Positions 27,568-38,774 of a stretch of DNA of 64,000 nucleotides are shown here, piece by piece. This DNA comes from Nemertoderma westbladi (lineage: Eukaryota; Animalia; Xenacoelomorpha). Positions within the stretch are counted from its first letter, which is position 1. Every line of letters starts with the position of its first letter. Under the pieces are notes generated by a model, which made no database searches, had not been told where the DNA came from, and saw nothing but the letters and a program-made list of their open reading frames with translations. The stretch is from contig JAUCBJ010003673.1 of the NCBI GenBank assembly GCA_032718475.1, positions 1-64,000 on the forward strand, in the 5' to 3' direction. The position numbers were made by a program, and so were the translations under genes.

Positions 27568-27960
27568 ATTGATGCATTTCATTAGTTAATGTAAATTACG
27601 ATGGCGATGGTTACTTTGCATATAAATATGCAGTAAATGTGAGATGCATCTTATATTTTTTATCAAATGACTTATGACTTGTGTTACCAATGGAGCAATG
27701 AGGCATTCATTTTGACATTCTGACCAGTGGGGCACGGGCCTATTGATGCATTTCATTAGTTAATGTAAATTACGATGGCGATGGTTACTTTGCATATAAA
27801 TATGCAGTAAATGTGAGATGCATCTTATATTTTTTATCAAATGACTTATGACTTGTGTTACCAATGGAGCAATGAGGCATTCATTTTGACATTCTGACCA
27901 GTGGGGCACGGGCCTATTGATGCATTTCATTAGTTAATGTAAATTACGATGGCGATGGTT
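27434..27960. repeat. 174-bp tandem triplication including the MITE right end
   Basis: TGGTTA recurs at 27434, 27608, 27782 and 27956; units are almost identical. Confidence 0.93.
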
Positions 27961-28390
27961 ATTGTGAATTGTATATGAATACTACAGTAGGTGGTGTAAC
28001 ATATGGTGGGACCATTTTATTTTGATTACCAGGTGAAATGTTTTTGGAAATGTGTTAGATATCAAACGTGCAACTGCAAAGCACTGCGTGCCAACGTGCA
28101 AAATGTGCAACTATCAAACTAGTTAGGAACCTGGCAATTCCGGTAAAATTCCGGCCGGAATTGACCCCATTCCGGCAATTCCGGCCGGAATCGGGCAAAA
28201 ACCGCCGGAATTCCGGCCGGAACGGAATTCCGGGACATCCCTAATTGTGTGCAAAGTAGCACTTTGCGAGATTATTATGTACCGAGCGCAGCGAGGGAGG
28301 TTTACATACATAAACAAGGGTCTTTAACGTTGAAAAGTGACCTTTGCAAGCAATGATGTATGTAATTTTGTTACATTAAATTTTGTACTT

Positions 28391-31025
28391 CATTTTGTTC
28401 TTATAGTTCCGCCCGTGGCTACATTTTGTTCATATAGTTCCGCCCGTGGCTACATTTTGTTGTTATAGTTGCGCCCGTGGCTACATTTTGTTCTTATAGT
28501 TCCGCCCGTGGCTACATTTTGTTCATATAGTTCCGCCCGTGGCTACATTTTGTTCTTATAGTTCCGCCCGTGGCTACATTTTCTTCTTATAGTTCCGCCC
28601 GTGGCTACATTTTGTTCTTATAGTTCCGCCCGTGGCTACATTTTGTTCATATAGTTCCGCCCGTGGCTACATTTTGTTCTTATAGTTCCGCCCGTGGCTA
28701 CATTTTGTTCTTATAGTTCCGCCTGTGGCTACATTTTGTTCTTATAGTTCCGCCCGTGGCTACATTTTGTTCTTATAGTTCCGCCCGTGGCTACATTTTG
28801 TTCATATAGTTCCGCCCGTGGCTACATTTTGTTCTTATATTTCCGCCCGTGGCTACATTTTGTTTTTATAGTTCCGCCCGTGGCTACATTTTGTTCTTAT
28901 AGTTCCGCCCGTGGCTACATTTTGTTCATATAGTTCCGCCCGTGGCTACATTTTGTTCTTATAGTTCCGCCCGTGGCTACATTTTGTTCTTATAGTTCCG
29001 CCCGTGGCTACATTATATCCTTATAGTTCCGCCCGTGGCTACATTTTGTTCTTATAGTTCCGCCCGTGGCTACATTTTGTTCTTATAGTTGCTCCCGTGG
29101 CTACATTTTGTTCTTATAGTTCCGCCCGTCGCTACATTTTGTTCCTATAGTTCCGCCCGTGGCTACATTTTGTTCTTATAGTTCCGCCCGTCGCTACATT
29201 TTGTTCTTATAGTTCCGCCCGTGGCTACATTTTGTTCTTAAAGTTTCGCCCGTGGCTACATTATGTCCTTATATAGTTCCGCCCGTGGCTACATTTTGTT
29301 CTTATAGTTCCGCCCGTGGCTACATTTTGTTCTTATAGTTCCACTCGTGGCTACATATTGTTCTTATAGTTCCGCCCGTGGCTATATTTTGTTCTTATAG
29401 TTGCGCCCGTGGCTACATTAACTTCTTATAGTTCCACCCGTGGCTACATTTTGTTCTTATTGTTCCGCCCGTGGCTACATTTTGTTTTTATAGTTGCGCC
29501 CGTGGCTACATTTTGTTCTTATAGTTCCGCCCGTGGCCCTATATTTTGTTCTTATAGTTCCGCCTGTGGCTCTACATTATGTCCTTATAGTTCCGCCCGT
29601 GGCTACATTTTGTTCTTATAGTTCCGCCCGTGGCCCTATATTTTGTTCTTATAGTTCCGCCTGTGGCTCTACATTATGTCCTTATAGTTCCGCCCGTGGC
29701 TACATTTTGTTCTTATAGTTCCGCCCGTCGCTACATTTTGTTCTTATAGTTCCGCCCGTCGCTACATTTTGTTCTTATAGTTCCGCCCGTCGCTACATTT
29801 TGTTCTTATAGTTCCCCCCGTGCTGCCGTGGCTACATTTTGTTCTTATAGTTTCGCCCGTGGCTACATATTGTTCTTATAGTTCCGCCCGTGGCTACATT
29901 TTGTTCTTATAGTTGCGCCCGTGGCTACATTAACTTCTTATAGTTCCGCCCGTGGCTACATTTTATTCTTATAGTTCCACCCGTGGCTACATTTTGTTCT
30001 TATAGTTCCGCCCGTGGCTACATCTTCTTCTTATAGTTCCACCTGTGGCTACATTTTGTTCTTATAGTTCCGCCCGTAGCTATATCGTGGTCTTAGAGTT
30101 CCACCCGTGGCCCAACATTAACTTCTTATAGTTCCGCCCGGGGCTACATGTTGTTCTTATAGTTCCGCCCGTGGCTACATTTTGTTCTTATAGTTCCGCC
30201 CGTAGCTATATCGTGGTCTTAGAGTTCCACCCGTGGCCCAACATTAACTTCTTATAGTTCCGCCCGTGGCTACATTTTATTCTTATAGTTCCACCCGTGG
30301 CTACATTTTGTTCTTATAGTTCCGCCCGTGGCTACATCTTCTTCTTATAGTTCCACCTGTGGCTACATTTTGTTCTTATAGTTCCGCCCGTAGCTATATC
30401 GTGGTCTTAGAGTTCCACCCGTGGCCCAACATTAACTTCTTATAGTTCCGCCCGTGGCTACATTTTGTTCTTATAGTTCCGCCCGTGGCTACATTTTGAT
30501 CTTATAGTTCCGCCCGTGGCTACATTTTGTTCTCATAGTTCCACCTGTGGCTACATTTTGTTCTTATAGTTCCGCCCGTGGCTACATTTTGTTCTTATAG
30601 TTCCGCCCGTGGCTACATTTTGTTCTCATAGTTCCACCTGTGGCTACATTTTGTTCTTATAGTTCCGCCCGTGGCTACATTTTGTTCGTATAGTTCCGCC
30701 CGTGGCTACATTTTGTTCTCATAGTTCCACCTGTGGCTACATTTTGTTCTTATAGTTCCGCCCGTGGCTACATTTTGTTCTTATAGTTCCGCCCGTGGCT
30801 ACATTTTGTTCTCATAGTTCCACCTGTGGCTACATTTTGTTCTTATAGTTCCGCCCGTGGCTACATTTTGTTCGTATAGTTCCGCCCGTGGCTACATTTT
30901 GTTCTTATAGTTCCACTCGTGGCTACATTTTGTTCTTATAGTTCCGCCCGTGGCTACATCTTGTTCTTATAGTTCCACCTGTGGCTACATTTTGTTCTTA
31001 TAGTTCCGCCCTGGCTACATCTTGT
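28391..31025. repeat. 31-bp tandem satellite (about 85 units)
   Basis: Unit CATTTTGTTCTTATAGTTCCGCCCGTGGCTA. Confidence 0.98.
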
Positions 31026-31900
31026 TTAATGATGCCGCTTCTGTGCTACCAGGGTCTGGTGGCAATAGCAACAGAAATATGAGCTATACTCTTCCAGGTT
31101 GGAATGAGTACGTACGACCATTCAAAGAAGATGCTATATTCTGGCATAGTTTATGGTTATCCGCAGGAAAACCTAATGCGAGTTCGGGTAATTTATTCCA
31201 CATGAGACGTACTTCTAGAGCACAGTATAAGTTTGCTGTGCGTAGACTGACAAGAAAAGTAGACTTCATAAATAAGGATAAGTTACTAAATGCCTGTTTA
31301 ACAAATTCTAGTATTAATATATTTTCAGAAATACGTAATTTAAGAGGCAATAGCTCCACTGGTTGTAGTTCTACTGCAGACGGTGCAACTGATGATATTT
31401 CTATTGCTAATGAGTTCGCTTCTATATATAGGGATTTATTTAATAGAGGGTACGACTCTGATTTATCATTTATTGAAAGTAGTATTAATGAACAAATTTC
31501 TAGTTTAAATTCATCGGTTTGTGATTTAATTACACCGGAATTAGTTACTTGTGCACTAAATAAGTTGAAATCTGCTAAGTCAGATGTCGATAATATTCTT
31601 AATTCAGACTGTTTAAAGAACGCTAACGTTGATTTAGCTGAACATCTTTCTAACCTATTCAATGCATTTGTAGTACAGGGATATGTACCATTATTTTTAT
31701 TGCGTTTTGCTCTTGTACCAATAATTAAAGATAAACTTGGGAGTATGACATCTTCTACTAATTATAGGGCTATTGCGATTTCATCATTAATTATTAAAGT
31801 GTTTGAATGGGTTATACTAATTTCTCATGAAGATAACTTTAAATTAGATGAACTACAGTTTGGTTTCCAGCGCAACTCTAGTACCACTATGTGTAGCTGG
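31026..31900 (+). mobile_element. LINE A (RTEX-like, clade tentative), 5' portion of pol
   Basis: LPGWNEYV...FWHSLW linker, then RT N-terminal motifs LVPIIKDK, NYRAIAISSLIIKVFE and QFGFQRNSSTTMCSW. The frame continues after the insertion at 49301. Confidence 0.88.
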
Positions 31901-32177
31901 TGTAAACACCCTAACACTCGGGTCCCCAATGCGACAAGGTGAGCTGACTGCCTTGGCAGATAAGCTTTCTCTTAGCGCAGTGGGTGTTCAAGAGTTCCGA
32001 ATGCAGACTGGACAGACTGATGAGGTTCTGATTAAGGACATGGGGGGCGGTTGGCGACTCGCCCTCGCGTCAGCAGAAGATAGTGGCAATGGTGGAATTG
32101 GTCTATTGATGAATCCAACTGCACATGCAGCATTGGACAAAATAGACCAAATCTCTAACCGCATCATCCGTTCATCA
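31901..32177 (+). mobile_element. RTE-like LINE B, APE endonuclease N-terminal fragment
   Basis: VNTL...AVGVQEFR...GNGGIGLLM...ISNRII are APE-type endonuclease motifs. The fragment begins right after the TSD GTAGCTGG (31893-31900). Confidence 0.8.
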
Positions 32178-33746
32178 TGTTCAGTAAAACATATTCCTAC
32201 TAAATGAAGAGACAGTAACAAATACACGAATCCTGCAATATCATACTATAAAGTTTGTGAATCAAATCATAAATCCGACCTTCTCACCAAAACAGTAAAC
32301 TCCAAGTAGGCGAATATATTGCAGTATCGGTCTCTTATAACCGGTGAGGCAGAAAACAGTCTACGAACGGACAAACTTCGATAAAACAAAATCCCGCGCA
32401 GCGAATCCTAAAATCAGGCTGACTCACTGACGGACTAAGGGGCTTGTATACTTTGCCGCGGTGTGATTTATATGGTTGGGCGAAAAGGACGCTAGCTAGG
32501 TGCAGAGATCTGGAGATGTCTAACTAGCGGGCAAAGTGCAGTACGGACAAAAGTTAATTTTATATATTTTGAGGTGTAAATAATTTCTAACGCGCGTGTG
32601 TTAATTCTGAACCGTCAAGATCAGTTTTGCTCCTTCATATATATAATTACTGGGTACGGTGTGCATTTTACGAATATTCTAATTTTGTAACTTGTAGGTC
32701 CAATACTCACGAATGATAAGGCTCCTTCCCCTCTTGCGTATTTCCCCTACAAGTTCTAATGCAATGGACACCGTTGTACTACAAATAGTCACAGACGCAC
32801 CTGTACTTAGCAAGAGTTAGGCGTACAGTTTGCTGCACCCTACCAATGTGTATGCTTTGTACCGGTGTGCCTACGTCCTATCTGCGTACTAGTATCTCTG
32901 CCTGCTTCCCCCGTAGGAATATGAAGGTCTACTGCGGTTTTTTCCTGAATTAAAACAGTACAGTCCCTAGATGTAATTTTAGGCGTACAGCGTGTCACTA
33001 CCTCTACCTTCGATCTGGGCGAATAACTAAGAGTGATATTGCGGGTTGTCTCCTGTCTACATTCCTTAGATGTTCCCGTTCATTGCTGTGGCCCGATGTT
33101 TAGCCAGCCATCCTGTCCCTCAGTTGAGTTCACCGTGGTGAAGCATAGTAAAACAGATAGAAAAAGGGCAGATTAGCGATAATTCTGACTTTATTACAGA
33201 AGATATACATAAACGTAACAAGAAACTAATAGATAACTAATAAAGATAATCTAAAGCACGAATGATTGAGATATAGACTGAGGTTTAGATATAACTAATG
33301 AACGAAATCGCACCTTTTATACCAAATTTGTGCCGCAATCAATCGAGAAAATTCTCGATTGTTCTATGAGTTCTAACAGGTTTTTAAAGATAGCTATTGG
33401 TCCAACGAATATATAACTTGTACGACATTGGTTACAATCTAATAACTACAATCTCATTGGTTAATCTTACTTCGAGCAAATGCAATTAATTTGTAGCGGT
33501 CAATTTAAATGAGTTGAAATTCTGCACGCACAAAAAATAATTCGCACCTACTAGGATTCGAACTCAATACACACTACATATAATTTCCAACGCTCTACCG
33601 ACTGAGCTACTGAACCACTTGAATAATCATCGTACAAATAGATATAGCAAATACAAATGAGGACTTAATGTAATCTTTTAACAAAGTTAATTCGAATAAA
33701 ATAAAAATTTTGAAAATCCACGGCATTTAGAGAATATAATTCTATA
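32178..33746 (-). repeat. 3' LTR (about 1.57 kb)
   Basis: Near-identical to 46434-48374 apart from two larger indels. Sense termini are TATAGA...CTGAACA, preceded by the short purine-rich GGAGCGG. Confidence 0.93.
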
Positions 33747-34387
33747 CCGCTCCATGAAAACAGGATATTATCGTGCATAAAATATACGGTTTTCACCAAT
33801 AATCAATCAAATTATAGAATACTTAGGGCGTACTTACATATTTACAAATTAAATTTCAAACAATACTTCCTTTCTACATAATGATTCGATACAAAATAAT
33901 TACAAATTCAAACTTTACATATTTAAAGCTTTACTAAGTAAGTACAATATAAATCTAAATTAAATTCACCAAAATAAATCTATTTCATCTCGATATTGCG
34001 AAATTCAAATAATTACAAATACAAATAAATGAAAATCATAAGAAAGGCTCGCGAGTCTTCCATCTACTATTGCATCTCAAATATTGCACTTAGACTTAAA
34101 TTCAAGTAATTACAAATACCTTGTGCCTAAATGTAGATTGCATAAGTTCGGAATAATTACAAATATGAGTCTTTCTAAGTACAAAACTTTCTAACTATAA
34201 AACCTTCTAAATACAAAATATAACACTTTACAAATGAAACTATAAGAAAGGCCCATGAGTCTTCCATTACAAACTCCGTTACAAACCGTACCGTTACAAA
34301 CTTACTAAATATAAAATATATAACTCAAATAAATCACAAATTCACAAGAAAGGCTCACGAGTCTTCCGTCCACCCTTGCCCTCCCTT

Positions 34388-37300
34388 TTATCGCTTAGTA
34401 GATCGAGCCCTGCCGCGTCCTCGAAAACTGCGCACAGGTGACTTTGCTCGCGATATGGGACTCGTGGGGCGAGTCACTGGTTTTGCTTGTACATTGGGAG
34501 ACGGTGCGACCGTTTCCTCACAAATTCGTCTATTTGGTATCCCAAAACCTCGACCGATTCCTCGTGACCGATCAGTTGTCACTACAGTTGGTAAAACGTC
34601 TGGGAACGCGCGGGAAGCGGACGACGCAGACCCAAGAGTAGCTTGCGCCCCCTTTTGATCAGCTGGTGTATGTCCCGATCCTCCTGTTGGTTCTCTAGGA
34701 AGCGATACCGTATCCCGAGTAATTCGAATGGTCGGCTCAACTCCCTTGCGTTCTTCTATATTAATAGACTTCTTTAATTGTTGGCTCACTTTCTGGACCC
34801 TTATGATCCTACCCTGCCCGTCCTCCCGAGGGTGACGTGCAGACGGCGCAACCGGAGTGGCTGGTATATTTGTCGCCTCTAGGATCTCCTCTTCCTCGAA
34901 TACGCTCGCTCGTATACGTTTGTGGTAAAACGCGGCTCGGTATGCCCACGCGACGGTTAACCAAGCTCCCTTATTCCGCCTTTCAGTTCGGAAACGATCA
35001 AATTCACCATACGTGATACGATTCACAACTTTCTGAAAATTCCACGTATTTTTATTGTCCGGGTGAATCTGTAACAGATACTCGCGCACCACTCTAAATC
35101 CACTATCGTGAGGCAAAATATCGACTACCTCGATAAGTTCGTCATATTGGGGCATAGCGGAGATGTATCCTTCCGACATCATCGTTTGGGGATTTACCGC
35201 CCAAAATCCAAGATGCGCTCTCATCGGAAATCGTCTTCTATGTGCCGATACATGTTCGTCGGCTAAATCTTCCCACTCATCGAATAGTTTTCTCACGAGT
35301 TTTACAGATTCGTGTTCATAAGGTATGTCTCTTAGTTGGCATTCAGATGCTCGATGCCCTTTTATATTGCAATAAGTACATTGAGCCATAAATCTCCAGC
35401 AAGTATAAAAGGTATGAGACCCTTGATCTCCACACCATCCACAGATTAGTTGAGTCGTAGTAATGTGCTTTCCACTGCACTTGGTCAAATGATGTCCAGC
35501 GACGCCACATTTACTACACATCGTATTGGCAGGGTACCACACTCGTTCGTATATAAGATCTCCAATTGGTCGAGCGCTTCCTCCCACACTATAATCATAA
35601 TCATCTGGATCTATGGGTTGGTATGTTTCTGAAGGTTGTATACAAACTACAGCATCTGTTGCTTCAAGTTGTCGAATCTCCGTCTGAGATTTCTTCGGGA
35701 GGTTCCTTTCTATCTCAAGAAGTTCCTCTAAAGGATCGTCAGTGATCGTTGTCGTTACTTCGAAATCACCACCAAGGTGACCGATAGGCGCGCGCGTCTG
35801 CCGTGATTCATCCATAACCTCCACGATACGTTCTCCTTCATAGGGTAACAATGTAAACATAGATGGTCTTTCGATAAGAGATCCCGCACAGCGAAGATAC
35901 ACGTCTCGAAATATACTAAATCCTGCTCGAGTAAAGGCATTACACTGAGCGTCGGAGTTGTAGAAGGGTTCAAGAAATCGTCTAAACACGTCGGTATGAA
36001 TTCTCCCTTCCATGTAGAACATATGATCTTCTCCGAGACAAAGTGGATGTCTTTTAAGAGTCCGAGACACAATGTCGGCGATTAAGCAAACATTCACTGA
36101 CGACTCTATTGCTAAATAATATTGTAAGACCGCTCTTGGAGGTGACGTAATAGCCCAATACACGCATCCTCTCCATTTGAGCTGTGATTCAAACTCACTC
36201 ATATCTGGAGTATCACCTTCTCCATAAGTCTCAATATACTTAGCTCTCTTACTTTCCTTATAATCCCAATTGAATAACAGGTAGGAAATGTAACCAGCTC
36301 CAGTCTTCTGAGTAATATTCTCACGAAAATATCCCTGTTCTATAGACCACAAAATAAGAGGTCGAGTGTCGACGTACGGTGTCGGTAGTCGGTCATCGCT
36401 GTCCGTCATGCCGGCAAAGTCGCTAATTAAGTCCTCTCTTACTCCTGATCCAATCTTTACGACAGTTTTATCTAAAATCATATTTCTTACCATCTTCGGT
36501 AGCATTCTAGCATCGATATTACAAGCTTGGTCCATCTTCTTTACTATGTCAGTGATGAGATGGTGTCGCTTTGTATTTGCTGGAGGTATCGGCATTCGTT
36601 TGTCGCTCCTCTGTCTACTGAAAACGTGCAAGACTCCGTCCGCCGCTCTAATTTGTATAGTCTTAGAAGTCAAACTCTGTTGATGACTGCCGCCCTCGTT
36701 ATCGTAAAACATGTAACCATTTTCCTGAAACGATCTAAACGTTCTATTCCATTCGTCCAACAATTCTTCCGAAGGTTGCCAAATCTTCTCTATGTCCTTA
36801 TCATCTTCGAAACGAATAACCTTACCTCGCCAATCCATGGCAATATCTGTATCCGACTCGAAGGTTCCAGTTCCAATCCATAAACGAATTGTTCTGGTTA
36901 AATATCCTTTCAAATTACTCGGAGCTATATCAGCACCAGCTCTATCCAGTTCCCTAAAGTCTTGAATATGAGGTGGAACGTTATACACGACCTTTTGAGT
37001 AATATGTCTACGTAAATCATATATCTTACTCATATCGCTAAAAACAACTGCAGGAAGGAACTCCAAGTTTGAAATGATTTCTGGATGATCCACGATGGGT
37101 ATTTCGTACGTCGTATCCTGTCGGACTGGTATACTAATAGGAAAATTGAGTGTCGTACTCAATGGTTTCGTAGTCGAAGTACTATATGGTTGCATTTCTC
37201 TTGTCCTCTCCGGGGATGCAATCTGTAGTCTCTGAATAACGTTTTGAGCAAAGTTTATGCTCTCGAAAACTTCCGGTGTCATCTCCTTAGCTGGAGTTTG

Positions 37301-38221
37301 ATCGTGTGACGTCCAATGGTAAGGTAGGCTCGCGAGTCTTCCGCCCCATTCTACCATCTCACCTTTCTCGAAAGCCTTGTAGGCTCTGTATAGGCTAAGA
37401 GCTTCTTTCTTTTCGCGGGTTGACTGATTCGCCTCGTCCAGCATAAGTTCAAATGCATCGGGTTCAACAACCTTAGGTGGGTAAACGACAGTTTCTCCCG
37501 CCTTTGGTCCAGTCATAGCAAACGAATGATATGGATTTGATAAAGGATACCCTCCTTCCTGGTAGCGTAGTTGTTGATGGTTCGAACACCTCGCCAATAT
37601 CGGTTCGGGATTTTCCTTATTCAAACGCATTGGAATCGCATTTCGTTGTTCGCGCATACAAGAACCGCATTGATAATAAAGTTTATAAACTGAAAATGCT
37701 TCCTTGGTTTCTCTATCATCCCCTCGAGTTCGTCTGTAAAGGTGCATTCCATCGAATTCATCGCGTACCGCAGGCATAGGTTCGTGCGCCTTTAGGTATT
37801 GCATGGTATGATACAAACGACTAATTTCAGTATCGGGGTCTTCGCTAATGTCTCCCGTATCACACAAAGCGTCGTACGGGTAAAGTTCATTGAAGGTTTT
37901 GCACAAACTTTCGATTCTTTCATTTAATGCGTTTTGCCTTCTCTTTAATACATTCGAGTCATATTTAGTTCTCGCGAGTTTCGCAGTACTTTCTGATAAT
38001 TCCTTTATACCAAATATAGTGTAGTCTTTGGCTCCAAATCTCTCGAATCGCGCTGCTGCTTCCTCTTGGATATCATATCCCCATCTCGGCTCTCCATGTA
38101 TCTCCTTCTCCATAATTAGAGGTGTAGTTACATAATCATTACTACTAGAGGGAATACAACAGAGTTTGTAGTTAGTTGTGAGGAGACGTGAGAGTTTTCG
38201 TCTGCCCTTTTGGCTCGACAA
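34388..38221 (-). CDS. Retrotransposon extra ORF: DnaQ-like (WRN/EXD2-type) 3'-5' exonuclease domain plus three CCHC zinc knuckles
   Basis: ExoI YMFYDNEG, then TIQIRA, LPKMVRNMILDKTVVKIGSGVREDL (ExoII), YVDT and ExoIII-like QYYLAIES. Knuckles are CSKCGVAGHHLTKC, CGWCGDQGSHTFYTC and CTYCNIKGHRASEC. The called start is TTG; the first ATG is at 38113. Confidence 0.78.
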   Translation of the reverse strand: MSSQKGRRKLSRLLTTNYKLCCIPSSSNDYVTTPLIMEKEIHGEPRWGYDIQEEAAARFERFGAKDYTIFGIKELSESTAKLARTKYDSNVLKRRQNALNERIESLCKTFNELYPYDALCDTGDISEDPDTEISRLYHTMQYLKAHEPMPAVRDEFDGMHLYRRTRGDDRETKEAFSVYKLYYQCGSCMREQRNAIPMRLNKENPEPILARCSNHQQLRYQEGGYPLSNPYHSFAMTGPKAGETVVYPPKVVEPDAFELMLDEANQSTREKKEALSLYRAYKAFEKGEMVEWGGRLASLPYHWTSHDQTPAKEMTPEVFESINFAQNVIQRLQIASPERTREMQPYSTSTTKPLSTTLNFPISIPVRQDTTYEIPIVDHPEIISNLEFLPAVVFSDMSKIYDLRRHITQKVVYNVPPHIQDFRELDRAGADIAPSNLKGYLTRTIRLWIGTGTFESDTDIAMDWRGKVIRFEDDKDIEKIWQPSEELLDEWNRTFRSFQENGYMFYDNEGGSHQQSLTSKTIQIRAADGVLHVFSRQRSDKRMPIPPANTKRHHLITDIVKKMDQACNIDARMLPKMVRNMILDKTVVKIGSGVREDLISDFAGMTDSDDRLPTPYVDTRPLILWSIEQGYFRENITQKTGAGYISYLLFNWDYKESKRAKYIETYGEGDTPDMSEFESQLKWRGCVYWAITSPPRAVLQYYLAIESSVNVCLIADIVSRTLKRHPLCLGEDHMFYMEGRIHTDVFRRFLEPFYNSDAQCNAFTRAGFSIFRDVYLRCAGSLIERPSMFTLLPYEGERIVEVMDESRQTRAPIGHLGGDFEVTTTITDDPLEELLEIERNLPKKSQTEIRQLEATDAVVCIQPSETYQPIDPDDYDYSVGGSARPIGDLIYERVWYPANTMCSKCGVAGHHLTKCSGKHITTTQLICGWCGDQGSHTFYTCWRFMAQCTYCNIKGHRASECQLRDIPYEHESVKLVRKLFDEWEDLADEHVSAHRRRFPMRAHLGFWAVNPQTMMSEGYISAMPQYDELIEVVDILPHDSGFRVVREYLLQIHPDNKNTWNFQKVVNRITYGEFDRFRTERRNKGAWLTVAWAYRAAFYHKRIRASVFEEEEILEATNIPATPVAPSARHPREDGQGRIIRVQKVSQQLKKSINIEERKGVEPTIRITRDTVSLPREPTGGSGHTPADQKGAQATLGSASSASRAFPDVLPTVVTTDRSRGIGRGFGIPNRRICEETVAPSPNVQAKPVTRPTSPISRAKSPVRSFRGRGRARSTKR

Positions 38222-38774
38222 CGCTCTAACCTCCTACCCATAGCCTAAGATCTAGGGTTTCTTTAATGACACGCTGCTTCTTATCTAAAATTTTTTGCCG
38301 AAATAAAAACGAATTTAGGCTAAACTGGCTGTGAGTCTAAAATACTCACCTTTTGATCCCAAACTATTATCAGAAAATAAGCAGTCAAGAATTAGTAATA
38401 AATATAGGGAAGTCTATTTTGACGTAACTTATTGAAACAAGACCGTGTAAAATTTAATTAAAATTTTTAAGAAAGGCTCGCAAGTCTTCCTCTCTTGTTT
38501 CTCTAATTTTAAGTTCCACCCCACTGTACCCTGAAATCTATTCACTGGAGAAAATTTTAAAAATTTTTCAAATCCAAATGGATTGTCTAAAATTTCGAAA
38601 ATGTCTCAATATTGTGAGTTCCAAGTAGAATTCCATTTCTTATACCTACAAATCCCGCTCCTATGTGACACATAAGGGTACTACCCTCAATGTTCACATA
38701 TAAAGACAATGGAATTCTACCGCTGTCCTTACTACAGTGTACAGGTACGTGGAAATCTATTTGTAAACTCCTAA

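Larger units (their letters stand above)
26324..28243. mobile_element. Non-autonomous hAT transposon
   Basis: TIR TAGGGATGTCCCGGAAT at both ends, 8-bp TSD ATTGTGTG (26316-26323 and 28244-28251), and subterminal TTCCGGCCGGAA repeats. Confidence 0.92.

Noticed and set aside
28391-31025. 31-bp repeat as a CRISPR array, and ORFs at 29409-29718
   Set aside because: No spacers are present; the ORFs are satellite translations.
31084-31662. 192-aa antisense ORF, and other short ORFs overlapping the large genes
   Set aside because: They are shadow frames of real coding sequence with no recognisable motifs.
34388-38221. Extra ORF interpreted as env or as a second gag
   Set aside because: No signal peptide, TM anchor or fusogen cysteine pattern and no capsid motif is visible. 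The exonuclease motifs fit better.
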